Translations under genes and position numbers: made by a program
Part shown: positions 48,801 to 55,861 of the stretch, one piece after another
Layout: each line of letters opens with the position of its first letter
Numbering within the stretch: the first letter of the stretch is position 1
Source of the DNA: Anaerolineaceae bacterium
Lineage (GTDB): Bacteria > Chloroflexota > Anaerolineae > Anaerolineales > Anaerolineaceae
DNA length: 64,000 nt
Direction: 5' to 3'
NCBI GenBank assembly: GCA_002702705.1
Contig: PABH01000019.1
Location: 55,192 to 119,191 of the forward strand
The notes under the pieces: generated by a model
Seen by the model: the letters and a program-made list of their open reading frames with translations, nothing else
What the model was told of the DNA's origin: nothing
Database searches by the model: none

Positions 48801-50853
48801 ATTTGCGGTGGGTGATTTGAATGCCGGTGATTCAGGTAGTGTTTTGTTTGCTGTCCTGGTTGAAAACCCACTGACAGCTGGTGTTGAATCGATCCTGAAC
48901 AATGTTTCGATTGAAGATGATGGTACAAATGGTGAGGATCCAACGCCGGAAAATAATGTTGATGATGAAGAAACACCGGTGGATGCAATATCCGACTTGA
49001 CCATCACTAAAGATGATGGTGTGGTACAGGTTACCCCAGGAGAAGAATTAACTTATACGATCGTCGTTGCAAATGTAGGCACCCAATCCGCGACGGGGGT
49101 AGTGGTGACGGATACTTTGCCGATTGGTGTAGTGTTTGTTTCTGCCAGTGATGGTGGCGTGTATGATGACAACACTCGAGAGATTATTTGGAATTTGGGA
49201 GAATTAGCTGGAGGTGGTGAAATCACGCTGACCGTTGAAATTTCCGTGGAGGATCCGTTCACTGGTGTCAATCCGGAAATTGTGAATGAAGTTATCGTAG
49301 AAGACGACGGCAGCAACGGTGTTGATCCAACCCCGGAAAATAATGAAGACAGTGATCGTGATTTGATTGGTGACAGCGCGAAGGTTATCAGTGGTACCAA
49401 CCAAATACACACGACTGGTTTGGATGTGGCAGTAGGTGAGGTTGTAACTTATACAGTTACTTTGGATATTGCCCCTGGTTTGGTTGAAGATTTAGTATTT
49501 ACGGATATTCTGGATCAAGGTATGGCCTTCGTTGGTTGTAATCAGATTACTACCGATCCTGCTGATGTATTAACCTTAGAACCTGGTTATACCTTATCCG
49601 GTTTGTGTACAATGGCAGCCATTTCGCAGTATCCTGTAACCAGCACTAATGTAACAGACAGTGGCCGCCAGATGATAATCAACTTTGGCGATGTGACCAA
49701 CATCTCCGCTGCGGAGGAGGATATCACATTAACCATTGAATACGATGTGGTGGTACTAAATACAGAAGCCAATGTGGATGGCCAGACCTTGGGTAACCAG
49801 GCTGACTGGACTTGGGTAGGTGGTTCGTTAGAAGCTGAAGCCAGCCCTGTTACGATTGTGGAACCAGATTTGGTAATCACAAAATCTGTAACACCTGAAA
49901 CAGCATACAACAATCAGACGGTGACCTTCACGGTAACTTTAAATCACACCGAAGATAGTAATTCAGATGCGTTTAATCTGGCAATATCGGATACTCTTCC
50001 AGAAACATTAACCTATGTTCCGGGCAGTCTGGTGTTTGTCAGTGGACAGGTGCCGACTTTGATCAATGATTTGAATGCACCGATTTTACGGGTAGGTTGG
50101 GATATTTTTACACAAACAACCGAACCGACTGTGTTGAGCTATCAGGCACGAATTACCAAAGCCAATCCAGGTTCAAAAATTGAAAACACCGTCACCATGG
50201 AATGGACAAGTTTACCTGGTGATGTGCTTACACCGCAATCACCATACAACCAAACATCGGTTGAACGATCCTATACTCCGGGTTCGAATGTGGATGTATA
50301 TGGAGTCTCAGCGAATGCGCTTATCAATATCCCGCAACTCCCGGATACAGGTTTTGCACCTGGTGTCCGCACCATTTTGCCTCAACAACCGGAGAACCTG
50401 GTTTACCAAGCAATCGATGATCTGCGATTTGCCATTCCGAAACAAAACCTTGATCTGCCTATAGTTGGTGTGCCGTTGGCAACTGATGGATGGGATCTAA
50501 CTTGGTTAAGTTCACAGGTGGGATACTTGGAAGGTACTGCTTACCCGACTTGGGATGGAAACACTGGGTTAACCGCCCATGTTTACAATGCAGATGGTAC
50601 ACCCGGACCATTTGTGAACTTGCATCTCCTGCGTTGGGGTGATAAGGTAGAAGTGACCGCATTTGGACAGGTGTTCACCTATGAAGTTCGCAGTGTTGAA
50701 CGAGTAAGTCCGAATGATCTCTCGGTACTGCATCATGAAGATCGCTCCTGGTTGACATTGATAACTTGCCAGAGCTTCGATGAAACCAAGGGTAGTTACA
50801 CCTGGCGTGTGGTTGTACGGGCTGTGTTGGTTTCGGTAGAACCAATAAATTGA
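39850..50853 (+). CDS. Giant secreted surface protein (3667 aa): signal peptide, pilin-like and DUF11-type Ig-fold modules, LPDTG motif, C-terminal sortase domain
   Basis: GGGAGG RBS. Signal peptide MRFSAGRRIFNVIVLLMFILSLFSFPTAPVSA. A single uninterrupted ORF of 11 kb with Thr/Asp/Asn/Gly-rich beta-type composition. Details are in the sub-features. Confidence 0.9.
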   Translation: MRFSAGRRIFNVIVLLMFILSLFSFPTAPVSAEPVERPLALDTPPMISLLTPGSVLIGEDLDFTVTFNNNGDSPGYGPYIDVFIDRTGVDGIYPGTGLTDPTDLFDGLAAGGVNDFSVEYNGVSINSNDLFFIEFLPGTGSDSGRVVATHPLLRDLAGNYVTVYGDDYGYEAGDVLVVVRLPFGSFVPDQPAIDIDISTSMSNWADLGTPLSISARGGYQFGSTATDDWCCDNQLDLVSFPVTGNVIPTLVTFAKTNFASEAETATGPNFEQDYEISITVADGQTITDFNLVDELDDNVYYVGPLSFTGSSPSCTPPATSPGGTINCTYLSLSGTSTISFPFYIPRINSGLSDVLNPSTGDDSSSCNQAGGLGTWVSIDPRDIAEDDNVRVNLNIGDDGLESTCEDTLADKSITIQKSNTIAVNAGAAGASPSDIVRYTLNFQISDYFAFEDIVVTDVLSDGQHFYPGNPPTLSINGNSFDLTASAIAPENVDIVCKYTGALDDDTNCTELDLDSSGETRLVFNVSSEIISKGQLTGNMVGGCVEPTGTGVFPPNCNTSDSDGYNDGATTGTITYYASILENFTDVYPSGDPSVDQGDTLSNTVLVTGQLLDVSDLSSTANSELDNSASELSIARGSLTKSIYAINGETPEEPAKITVGDEVTYRIQYQLQTNDIENLVFTDYFPLPIFNVGATWAFDDTKNTGVTDVPAPGTVKLGSADTFYELYRTDPDLDPITGFGITSDIAANSVRVSFGDFDSSSDLNPKNIDLLFTVEVIDAQFADGLYFTNQAQVEESSTGLSPESASSIVQIQFTSPILTTSKSVVATDGNGTVTTDVMGVIWSAPTTAGVYPGARWAGDIADIDSVSNNIINADAGDLVTFAIVIQNTGSGISGAFDIDILDSLDLTYFEYPEPGDIHLQIYYGDGSGPIAYVGSIDDFIDDTSDALDAASGIRLVDPTPTEGVCQAHDPNSLNDTIVITYDLRLKSTVEAGEIYTNSGTIIHYAGQEGGTNLVPDPNPTDDSTVTISQPEISKSFISTGIITPGTNNDNTHAVIGEIVTYQLVVTVPEGTTPNAQIIDTMSAGLAFVDINSVVSDTNVESANLIGTGVTPANVTVSSTNGGTGNRLTFNFGTITNNNTNNGTDNTITIEYDTVVLNDINNQTNTTLGNIAYFTWGSDGSINDSSDQITVIEPDLSITKMAQRLLPTAGGASVDADDTVEYTISISNSSGVDAFDVTISDTFPSYLDPATLLITGVNDSGSILDTDDFDITGNVLSTLTNFDMLIANSRTVSLTITGVVIDTITPTRTITNTARVSWSSLDGDITDRSTYNTNSDERTGADGPGTGLNNYAKNSLAANVSVPALSGAKLFVTSSEAGTSNTSNPPRLTIGEIVRYRLYALVPEGLSTDLSLFDRLPNGLQFINDGQVKAAFVSTGTASNTFTSSTIDVSTNPTIEITGSAIDLISLPSGSIVFTLPDSAISRLPDSNDDTYGNGTDIYFKFGNISNLDDDADNEYIVVEFNALVLNVNGNQGYNNSNGASIDTNLDNNFQGIRNTSGTQIIDFTSSNMRTRIAEPAITNLSKSVSPSGGDAGNTVSYAVTFSNASGVNASPAYNVEFTDTVPAKMENVSLPPTVTSACAIGADPSASSGNAINVSFTELPVGCAVTIAYTAQLTTAVIPNEILTNSAKVTYTSLPGSNGTPSNPTGSANTGTPGDADGERIDGSTLNDYEDTDSVDVTVTPIQPVKSLVSSTDLNTIDPNLTIGETARFRMEILIGEGSSPIFIVTDNLPSGFEYTGNATMAFVASGNTITSDNADIGNSPWVIGDETTIDSITPTFDVPASAINAGPFTNGMDPVFNFSNLTNAETDTDDEFIVVEFDAVVLNVSGNQAVGPQTQLDNTFTVSIDSVNRGTSNTISTYVVEPQITTTKDVSLSSGMAYEAGSVVEYSLSYENTGSSTAYDVTVVDDLPPFLTYDDASISCTINGGSVDTTITPTLMDATDPAHDYYQLAINSQTEGDWGIPVGQSLDCTFTATIQTSVYTDATYTNTTDADWSSFDGTDNTEDRNYDGGSNGYDTGTDYNIDVDQDTDNAEFDILTPTIVKTVNKTDATIGEVVRYTITMTSPLGTLYDWVVTDSLPAGLIFAGNIIETGFDFPDPTISSPNDGTTAVTLEWDMSGAEVTSNTMSIAFDVIVANSVDGSSAYINVNGDDPNNNVEMAYTDISGSTQTISDDESFNVIEPELQVDKNFTPNPVGLGQTATYTINLSHTAASSTNAMDITITDVIPSGLTYEVATIGGSCTSGTLTPSDAGSPTLTWTVDNLPVGETCTLTYQVTVDDNSLGEILTNSVTGGYSTISGTPTPDEERDYTLSTDVDLEITGPDLSITKDDGVIETIPGSTLTYTLSYENHGNGPATGVVITETVPNNATFTTTGSTAGWSCSDGAGAGTTCTLPIGNLAAGATGSATFVVIVDSSVPADVTQIVNDVSIAGNETEPTPDDNPNSDSDTDTLTAAVDLTLTKIDDVADGDSVNPGDTIIYTLTYDNIGNRDATGVEIVDDVPANTTFTTTGSTAGWSCSPDSSAGSTCTFVIGDVDVNDPAGTVYFAVVVDDPLASGVTEILNAATIGGNETELVTTNNTDDETTPVIAEPNLTITKVADGTQIVTGGTIVYTITYDNNGDQTATGVVITETVPANTTFTTTGSDPRWSCSDGDVAGTECTVTIGTLSVGGGLSDPIAFAVVVNDTVPAGVENIYNLVEITDDGLNSEDGLPKTDNDDEETLLLAAPDLNIVKDDGVEIIQAGQNLTYTITYNNVGDQDATGVVITDTVPLFTTYNSEATPGWVCVPDETAGSLCTYTIGDLAAGATGQVSFAVDVDDPIDASIDEIYNFVTINDDGENGDDLTEDNQDDEITPVDALPDLTIIKNDRDVTAVPGDSIQYGLAYENVGQQNATGVVITETVPGYTTYDAVNSNPAWVCDDITAGSTCTFAVGDLNAGDSGSVLFAVLVENPLTAGVESILNNVSIEDDGTNGEDPTPENNVDDEETPVDAISDLTITKDDGVVQVTPGEELTYTIVVANVGTQSATGVVVTDTLPIGVVFVSASDGGVYDDNTREIIWNLGELAGGGEITLTVEISVEDPFTGVNPEIVNEVIVEDDGSNGVDPTPENNEDSDRDLIGDSAKVISGTNQIHTTGLDVAVGEVVTYTVTLDIAPGLVEDLVFTDILDQGMAFVGCNQITTDPADVLTLEPGYTLSGLCTMAAISQYPVTSTNVTDSGRQMIINFGDVTNISAAEEDITLTIEYDVVVLNTEANVDGQTLGNQADWTWVGGSLEAEASPVTIVEPDLVITKSVTPETAYNNQTVTFTVTLNHTEDSNSDAFNLAISDTLPETLTYVPGSLVFVSGQVPTLINDLNAPILRVGWDIFTQTTEPTVLSYQARITKANPGSKIENTVTMEWTSLPGDVLTPQSPYNQTSVERSYTPGSNVDVYGVSANALINIPQLPDTGFAPGVRTILPQQPENLVYQAIDDLRFAIPKQNLDLPIVGVPLATDGWDLTWLSSQVGYLEGTAYPTWDGNTGLTAHVYNADGTPGPFVNLHLLRWGDKVEVTAFGQVFTYEVRSVERVSPNDLSVLHHEDRSWLTLITCQSFDETKGSYTWRVVVRAVLVSVEPIN
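46981..49380 (+). repeat. Six tandem ~133-aa (~400-nt) DUF11-type repeats inside the giant gene
   Basis: Units start near 46984, 47377, 47783, 48191, 48586 and 48985, each opening with (P)DL(S/T/N)I(T/V/I)K. The core is LTYT(L/I).Y.N.G...ATGVVIT(E/D)TVP..T(F/Y). Five units carry a W.C...(A)G(S/T).C Cys pair. Nucleotide identity is locally high, for example 32 nt with one mismatch at 47128-47159 versus 47536-47567. Confidence 0.8.
50338..50352 (+). other. LPDTG sortase-recognition-type motif (aa 3497-3501)
   Basis: The context is INIPQLPDTGFAPGVRTILPQQPENLVY. No hydrophobic helix or basic tail follows. Confidence 0.7.
50416..50850 (+). other. Sortase (C60 transpeptidase)-like catalytic domain fused in frame to the giant protein
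   Basis: LRFAIPKQNLDLPIVGV; GNTGLTAHV (His 3577, nt 50578-50580); RSWLTLITC (Cys 3640, nt 50767-50769); WRVVVRAV (Arg 3657, nt 50818-50820). The order and spacing match the sortase His-Cys-Arg triad. Confidence 0.75.
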
Positions 50854-50904
50854 AGAACTAAAAACGAAAAGTTAGTTATCGATTATCTTTTGGGGTAAAA
50901 ATTT

Positions 50905-50942
50905 CGAAAAGTGAAAAGGAAAACTTTTCACTTTTCGTTTTT
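50905..50942 (+). terminator. Rho-independent terminator after the giant gene
   Basis: Perfect 14-bp stem CGAAAAGTGAAAAG / CTTTTCACTTTTCG (50905-50918, 50924-50937), 5-nt loop, then TTTTT. Confidence 0.85.
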
Positions 50943-50961
50943 AACAATTACCTTTTCCCTT

Positions 50962-51951
50962 TTAGTCGTATAAAAAGTTCACTAATTCTTCTGCGGAAAG
51001 GGCACCAAAGTATTGATGCAGATCCTTACCATTTAAAACGGATAATAAACTCTGGCGGTCATACTTTTGGCCGATGCATAAACTTTCAACGTCATGAACA
51101 TCGGAAAGCCCTAAAAAATCGCCATAGATTTTTATATTGTTAATCAAACCCTGATTAACTTCAATCCGGGCATCAATTTCCCCAATTAGAAACCGTTTCT
51201 TTTTCTGTACGTTGAATGCCGGTGAACGACCATAATTCCAATCCCATTGGGCATAGCGGTCCCGAGTAAATTGGTTAATGGTTGTCCAATCCGTTGGGGT
51301 TAAATGATATTCGCTGTTTTCAGACTTGTTTAAGATGCCATTTTTTAACCGTTCCCGGAACTCCAAGATATCCACTGGGTTTTCTAAAAACTCACAGATA
51401 TTAGCAACACGCGAGCGCACTGATTTGATTCCCTTTGACTCGATTTTGTCCATTTTGACATTTAACGCTTCTGAGACTTGAGAAAGATCCGAATTATATA
51501 AAAGTGTTCCATGGCTAACCATTCGTACGCCTGCGCTATACTGCGCATTTCCGGATATTTTTCTACCATCTACTAAAACGTCGTTTCTTCCGCCCAATTC
51601 AGCATTTACACCCATTTCTAATAAAACATCAATAACAGGTGCGGTAAATTTCTTAAAGTTGTGAATGTTTTCCCTGCCGTTGTTACTGATAAAGCTAAAA
51701 TTCAAATTCCCTAGATCATGATAGACTGCGCCGCCTCCAGATAACCGGCGAACGACGTGGATGCCGTATTTTTCGACATATAGGTGATTGATTTCTTCTA
51801 AGGTGTTTTGGTTCCGTCCGATAATAATGGATGGTTCGTTGATATAAAATAAGAGGATGTCTTCATCAACGGTGAAATTTCGTAATAAATGTTCTTCAAT
51901 AGCCAGGTTTACTCTTGGGTCGGTGTGGTTTTGATTGTCTACAAAGATCAA
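50962..51951 (-). CDS. lplA: Lipoate-protein ligase A
   Basis: TTG start 5 nt after GGAGG. Motifs RRLSGGGAVYHDLGNLNFSF and GRKISGNAQ. 329 aa. Confidence 0.9.
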   Translation of the reverse strand: MIFVDNQNHTDPRVNLAIEEHLLRNFTVDEDILLFYINEPSIIIGRNQNTLEEINHLYVEKYGIHVVRRLSGGGAVYHDLGNLNFSFISNNGRENIHNFKKFTAPVIDVLLEMGVNAELGGRNDVLVDGRKISGNAQYSAGVRMVSHGTLLYNSDLSQVSEALNVKMDKIESKGIKSVRSRVANICEFLENPVDILEFRERLKNGILNKSENSEYHLTPTDWTTINQFTRDRYAQWDWNYGRSPAFNVQKKKRFLIGEIDARIEVNQGLINNIKIYGDFLGLSDVHDVESLCIGQKYDRQSLLSVLNGKDLHQYFGALSAEELVNFLYD

Positions 51952-52031
51952 AGCTGCCTCCGTGGGAAAAAATTATTTACTAATTATAATGTCTTGAGAT
52001 GATATTTTAAAATTTGATATACAACCTGCCT

Positions 52032-54728
52032 TTAGTGAAAAGGTTGCGAATTATTTTCCAAAATGAGTACATATCCACTATCTCCATCAACACGAATTTT
52101 CATACCGGTTTGAATTGTTTTGGTTACATCCATAATTCCAACTACAGCTGGTAACCCGTATTCACGAGCAACCACCGACCCATGTGTCATCAATCCACCA
52201 GTTTCAATAACAACCCCAGCAGCATGGATAAACAAAGGAGTCCATCCAGGGTCTGTATACGGTGCAACTAAAATTTCACCAGGATTTAATTGTTCCTGAC
52301 TGGGATCTAAAATCACTCTGGCAATACCTTCCACATATCCTGCAGAAACCGGGCTGCCGATGAGTGCATTTTCCGGTAAGCCTTCTCGGTGTAATTTCTC
52401 ACGTGGGATTTCGCCATCGCTTGTGATCACGCGCGGCGGGGTCAGTTTTTTATAGTGGTCATAGGCTTGTTTACGTTGTTGGATACGCGTTTTAAAATCG
52501 ATTGATTCGCCGTTAAAATAGTTGACGAGTTCTTCGTAATCCAGGAACCATACATCTCGTGTTTCATCAATCAACCCTTTATTCTTAAGTTCATTCGCCA
52601 GATTTAATAATTTAGTTCGGACAAAGTCGAGATAACTTACGATCAAATACTTTGGATGCTCACGAATGGGTGCCAGGTTGGTTAACAGCCGCATCAACCG
52701 TTTGACAAAAGGTAGAATCAATCGGCCTTTTAAAGAACCTTTAAGTGTAGTAATAATTTTTTCTTGTGATTGGTGGTTGATCTCAGTTAACAAAGTAAAA
52801 TGCCTACGGTGTTCGCCTATTGGTCTGTTTTGATGACTTGCAAGAATGATTTGAAACAGAGATTGGGGGTTTTCATTCCAGCGAAGATGGGCGATATCTA
52901 TTTCCCCTGGTCCGCGTTGTCCAAAGCGATCTAAAAATTCAGACCAAAGTTTGTTAAATTGGGGAAAAGATTTAAAGGGGAAATCAGACCAATTTTTATT
53001 TTGCTCTAGATGTTGGGTAAGAGTCTGGTGAAGTTTTGGTTGAGTTTGAACAAGGTCAGTTAAATCACCAACCATTAAGTCCATTTCCGTTGTGATATTT
53101 CCAATTAAGCCTCGTTGCAGACTTAAAACTTCTTGCTTAAGATCAAAATGGGATAGTATCTTTTCAAGTAAAAATTTTGCCATGATTCCTGAAGCGACAA
53201 TCGGTAGCATCCAAACCAAACCCTGATGGAAAAATGATGAGATTGACCTTTTTAAGGTTACTAGAAAATTTATTTTGTTTGAGATACTGTTTAAAAGATT
53301 TTTTTGTTCTGTTAAATATTTTTGGTTTTTTTCTAACACCTGAGCGGCAGTATTGTTTAACCGTCTGAAAAACGCCCAAGATATTAATCTTCCAAACAGT
53401 GGAAAAACCCATTCTGATAAAAAACTCAGTTTAATATGATGTTCATTGGTTTTATTACGAATCAAGAATTGATCCGTTTGCAAAAGATTTTTTATTTGTT
53501 GCGCTGCTATTGGTTCTGCACCAACTAAAATCTTTGGAAAAATTATTTTGCCCGGTTTTGAATTTAAAATCGAAGTTAAGTCTACAAACAATCTTCCACC
53601 TGCTGGTAATAAGTATGGCGAATAAACCGATTGAGATGGAGGACAACCAAATGGTAATAACAATCGTAAGATCGAAATACCCATTGGTGAAATCGGTTCT
53701 GTCATCATCTGCACATGGCCAAAACTAAAGTAAATATGCAGGTTATTTTCCAGTGGTGGAGGGGAGGGAATTGGGTAGAGTGATGTAATAGGCCGAGTTT
53801 GCAGTAAGAATAAATTTTCATTTTCAAAAGCCCATTCAATATCTTGTGGCGTTAAATATGCTTTCTCAACCTTTTTTCCTAATGCGGTTAAAGCCTCAAT
53901 TTGTTGATTGGTAAGAACCTCAGTTTGCTGCTGATTAGAATCAAGTGTTACTTGTTGTGTGCCACCAGATTCTGCTGCCAGAATGGCAGTGGTTTTGTTT
54001 GAGATTTCTTTTTCTATCACTCTGCCTGTATTTTTGTCTACACGGTAAAGATCGGGATTAACGATACCTGAGACAAGTGCTTCACCCAAACCAAACCCGG
54101 CATTGATGGTGATGACTCGATGGTTATTGCTGACTGGGTCGGCGGTGAAGAGGATACCTGACGTTTCCGGGAAGACCATTTCCTGCACGACAACGGCAAT
54201 TTTTATATCCTTCTGGTTGATCTGGTTTTGAAGGCGGTAGGTAATGGCACGGTCAGTATATAAGGAGGCCCAACACTTGCGAATATGCTCAAGAATGGAA
54301 GGTAATCCAAAAACATTCAGATATGTATCCTGTTGTCCGGCAAAAGAAGCATAGGGTAAATCCTCAGCTGTTGCACTGGACCGAACGGCAAAGTGCAATT
54401 CCGGTGGGTGATTTTGCAGTGCTAAATGAACTGCTTCTATCAAATCATCCGGTATAGGCGTTTGGTGGATTTGTTCTCGAACTTTTTTCCCGATTTCCTG
54501 TATTACCCCTGGATCATTGCTGGAGATGGCAAACAAGGCGTTTTGAATTATTTGATCGATCTGATTTGCCTGTAGAAAAAAATCAAAAGCGGTTGTTGTA
54601 ATAATGAACCCATTCGGTACAGGAAAACCAGCTGCTGTCATTTTAGCAAGATTCGATCCTTTTCCACCCGTTAATTTCAATATTTGTGCATCCGGTTGGT
54701 TGAAGCGCAGACAATAATCGATTTTCAT
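52032..54728 (-). CDS. PEP-utilising enzyme, phosphoenolpyruvate synthase / rifampicin phosphotransferase-like architecture
   Basis: N-terminal PPDK_N ATP-grasp (LTGGKGSNLAKM...VAVRSSATAEDL), a long central domain, and a C-terminal swivel His domain (GGLMTHGSVVAREYGLPAVVG). 898 aa. Confidence 0.8.
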   Translation of the reverse strand: MKIDYCLRFNQPDAQILKLTGGKGSNLAKMTAAGFPVPNGFIITTTAFDFFLQANQIDQIIQNALFAISSNDPGVIQEIGKKVREQIHQTPIPDDLIEAVHLALQNHPPELHFAVRSSATAEDLPYASFAGQQDTYLNVFGLPSILEHIRKCWASLYTDRAITYRLQNQINQKDIKIAVVVQEMVFPETSGILFTADPVSNNHRVITINAGFGLGEALVSGIVNPDLYRVDKNTGRVIEKEISNKTTAILAAESGGTQQVTLDSNQQQTEVLTNQQIEALTALGKKVEKAYLTPQDIEWAFENENLFLLQTRPITSLYPIPSPPPLENNLHIYFSFGHVQMMTEPISPMGISILRLLLPFGCPPSQSVYSPYLLPAGGRLFVDLTSILNSKPGKIIFPKILVGAEPIAAQQIKNLLQTDQFLIRNKTNEHHIKLSFLSEWVFPLFGRLISWAFFRRLNNTAAQVLEKNQKYLTEQKNLLNSISNKINFLVTLKRSISSFFHQGLVWMLPIVASGIMAKFLLEKILSHFDLKQEVLSLQRGLIGNITTEMDLMVGDLTDLVQTQPKLHQTLTQHLEQNKNWSDFPFKSFPQFNKLWSEFLDRFGQRGPGEIDIAHLRWNENPQSLFQIILASHQNRPIGEHRRHFTLLTEINHQSQEKIITTLKGSLKGRLILPFVKRLMRLLTNLAPIREHPKYLIVSYLDFVRTKLLNLANELKNKGLIDETRDVWFLDYEELVNYFNGESIDFKTRIQQRKQAYDHYKKLTPPRVITSDGEIPREKLHREGLPENALIGSPVSAGYVEGIARVILDPSQEQLNPGEILVAPYTDPGWTPLFIHAAGVVIETGGLMTHGSVVAREYGLPAVVGIMDVTKTIQTGMKIRVDGDSGYVLILENNSQPFH

Positions 54729-54877
54729 GATTTTCCTTTAGGGTACTTTGTTTCGTTAATGGATTTGTCAGTTGGGTTAATTATATATTATGAAATAATA
54801 ATAAATGGATTAATATAATCGGGGTATTGTTTTTTAAATAAAGTTATAATTAAAAAAATCACAAGACTGAGGATACA

Positions 54878-55720
54878 ATGGAAAACCAATATATAAATGT
54901 GGACGGTGTGAACACCCATTATTTAAAAGCTGGTAGAGGTGAGCGGACTGTTGTGTTGTTGCATGGTGGGGGATTGGATAATGCTGCCCTATCATGGGAA
55001 TTAATAATCCCCGATTTGGCAGAAACACATACTGTCATCGCTTTGGATTGGCCAGGTTATGGCAAAAGCGACACACCGGACGAAAAGTTCGTGGTTTCCT
55101 ACTATGTTCAGTTTTTTGAAAAATTTGTAAATTTACTTGGTTTAACCACGGTCAGCCTAGTAGGTATTTCTATGGGTGGGGCTATTGCAATTGGTTTTAC
55201 CTTAAACAACCCAACGTTTGTTGATTCTTTAATTTTGGTGGATAGTTATGGCTTGCAGAAAAAGGCTCCATTCCATAAATTAAGTTTTTTGTATGTCAAC
55301 TTTCCTGGTGTGCGGGAATTAACCTGGTGGATGGTACGCCAACGCTGGATGATTAAGTATTCTCTTGGATCAATTCTTAAACGCCAGGGCTCAATCACAG
55401 AGGAATTAGTGGAACGTGTCCACCAACAGGCTTTACAGCCCGGAGCGGGGCAGGCATTTGCTGATTTACAAGATGGTGATATAACCTGGTCCGGGTTAAA
55501 AACGGTCTTTCTGGATCGGTTGCCGGAAATCCAGCAAAAAACGTTGGTTATTCATGGGGAAAAAGATACGCTGGTTCCTTTAACTGCTTCGCAAGAAGCT
55601 GCCCGACTGATTCCAAATGCAGAATTTACCATTATGGAAGGCTGTGGGCATTGGCCACAGCGGGATAATCCAGAACTGTTTAATCAGCTTGTGAGGGAGT
55701 TTCTACGTAGAGAAAACTAA
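54878..55720 (+). CDS. Alpha/beta hydrolase
   Basis: VVLLHGGG, nucleophile elbow GISMGG, C-terminal GCGHWPQRDNPE. Confidence 0.85.
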   Translation: MENQYINVDGVNTHYLKAGRGERTVVLLHGGGLDNAALSWELIIPDLAETHTVIALDWPGYGKSDTPDEKFVVSYYVQFFEKFVNLLGLTTVSLVGISMGGAIAIGFTLNNPTFVDSLILVDSYGLQKKAPFHKLSFLYVNFPGVRELTWWMVRQRWMIKYSLGSILKRQGSITEELVERVHQQALQPGAGQAFADLQDGDITWSGLKTVFLDRLPEIQQKTLVIHGEKDTLVPLTASQEAARLIPNAEFTIMEGCGHWPQRDNPELFNQLVREFLRREN

Positions 55721-55861
55721 CCACGAAAAAGCATGAACAATTACTAAAACTTTTTAAATCCTCTCTTAAATACGGTTTGCACCTCACCAGAGGAAAAAAG
55801 TTTTCCCTGCGCCTTGTTGATTTACTGTGGTTTGACTGTAAAAAAATTTTTTTACTATAAA

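Noticed and set aside
46981-49380. CRISPR-like periodicity
   Set aside because: The period is ~400 nt, the units are in-frame coding sequence with conserved protein motifs, and there is no short repeat-spacer structure. No CRISPR array or cas gene was seen anywhere in the window.
40244-49913. About 25 antisense or out-of-frame ORFs of 60-140 aa inside the giant surface-protein gene (for example 45030-45452, 47466-47861, 49053-49412)
   Set aside because: All lie within one continuous 11-kb ORF that has strong repeat and domain signatures. Their translations are low-complexity (V/S/T/P-rich) mirror images of the sense frame and have no RBS.
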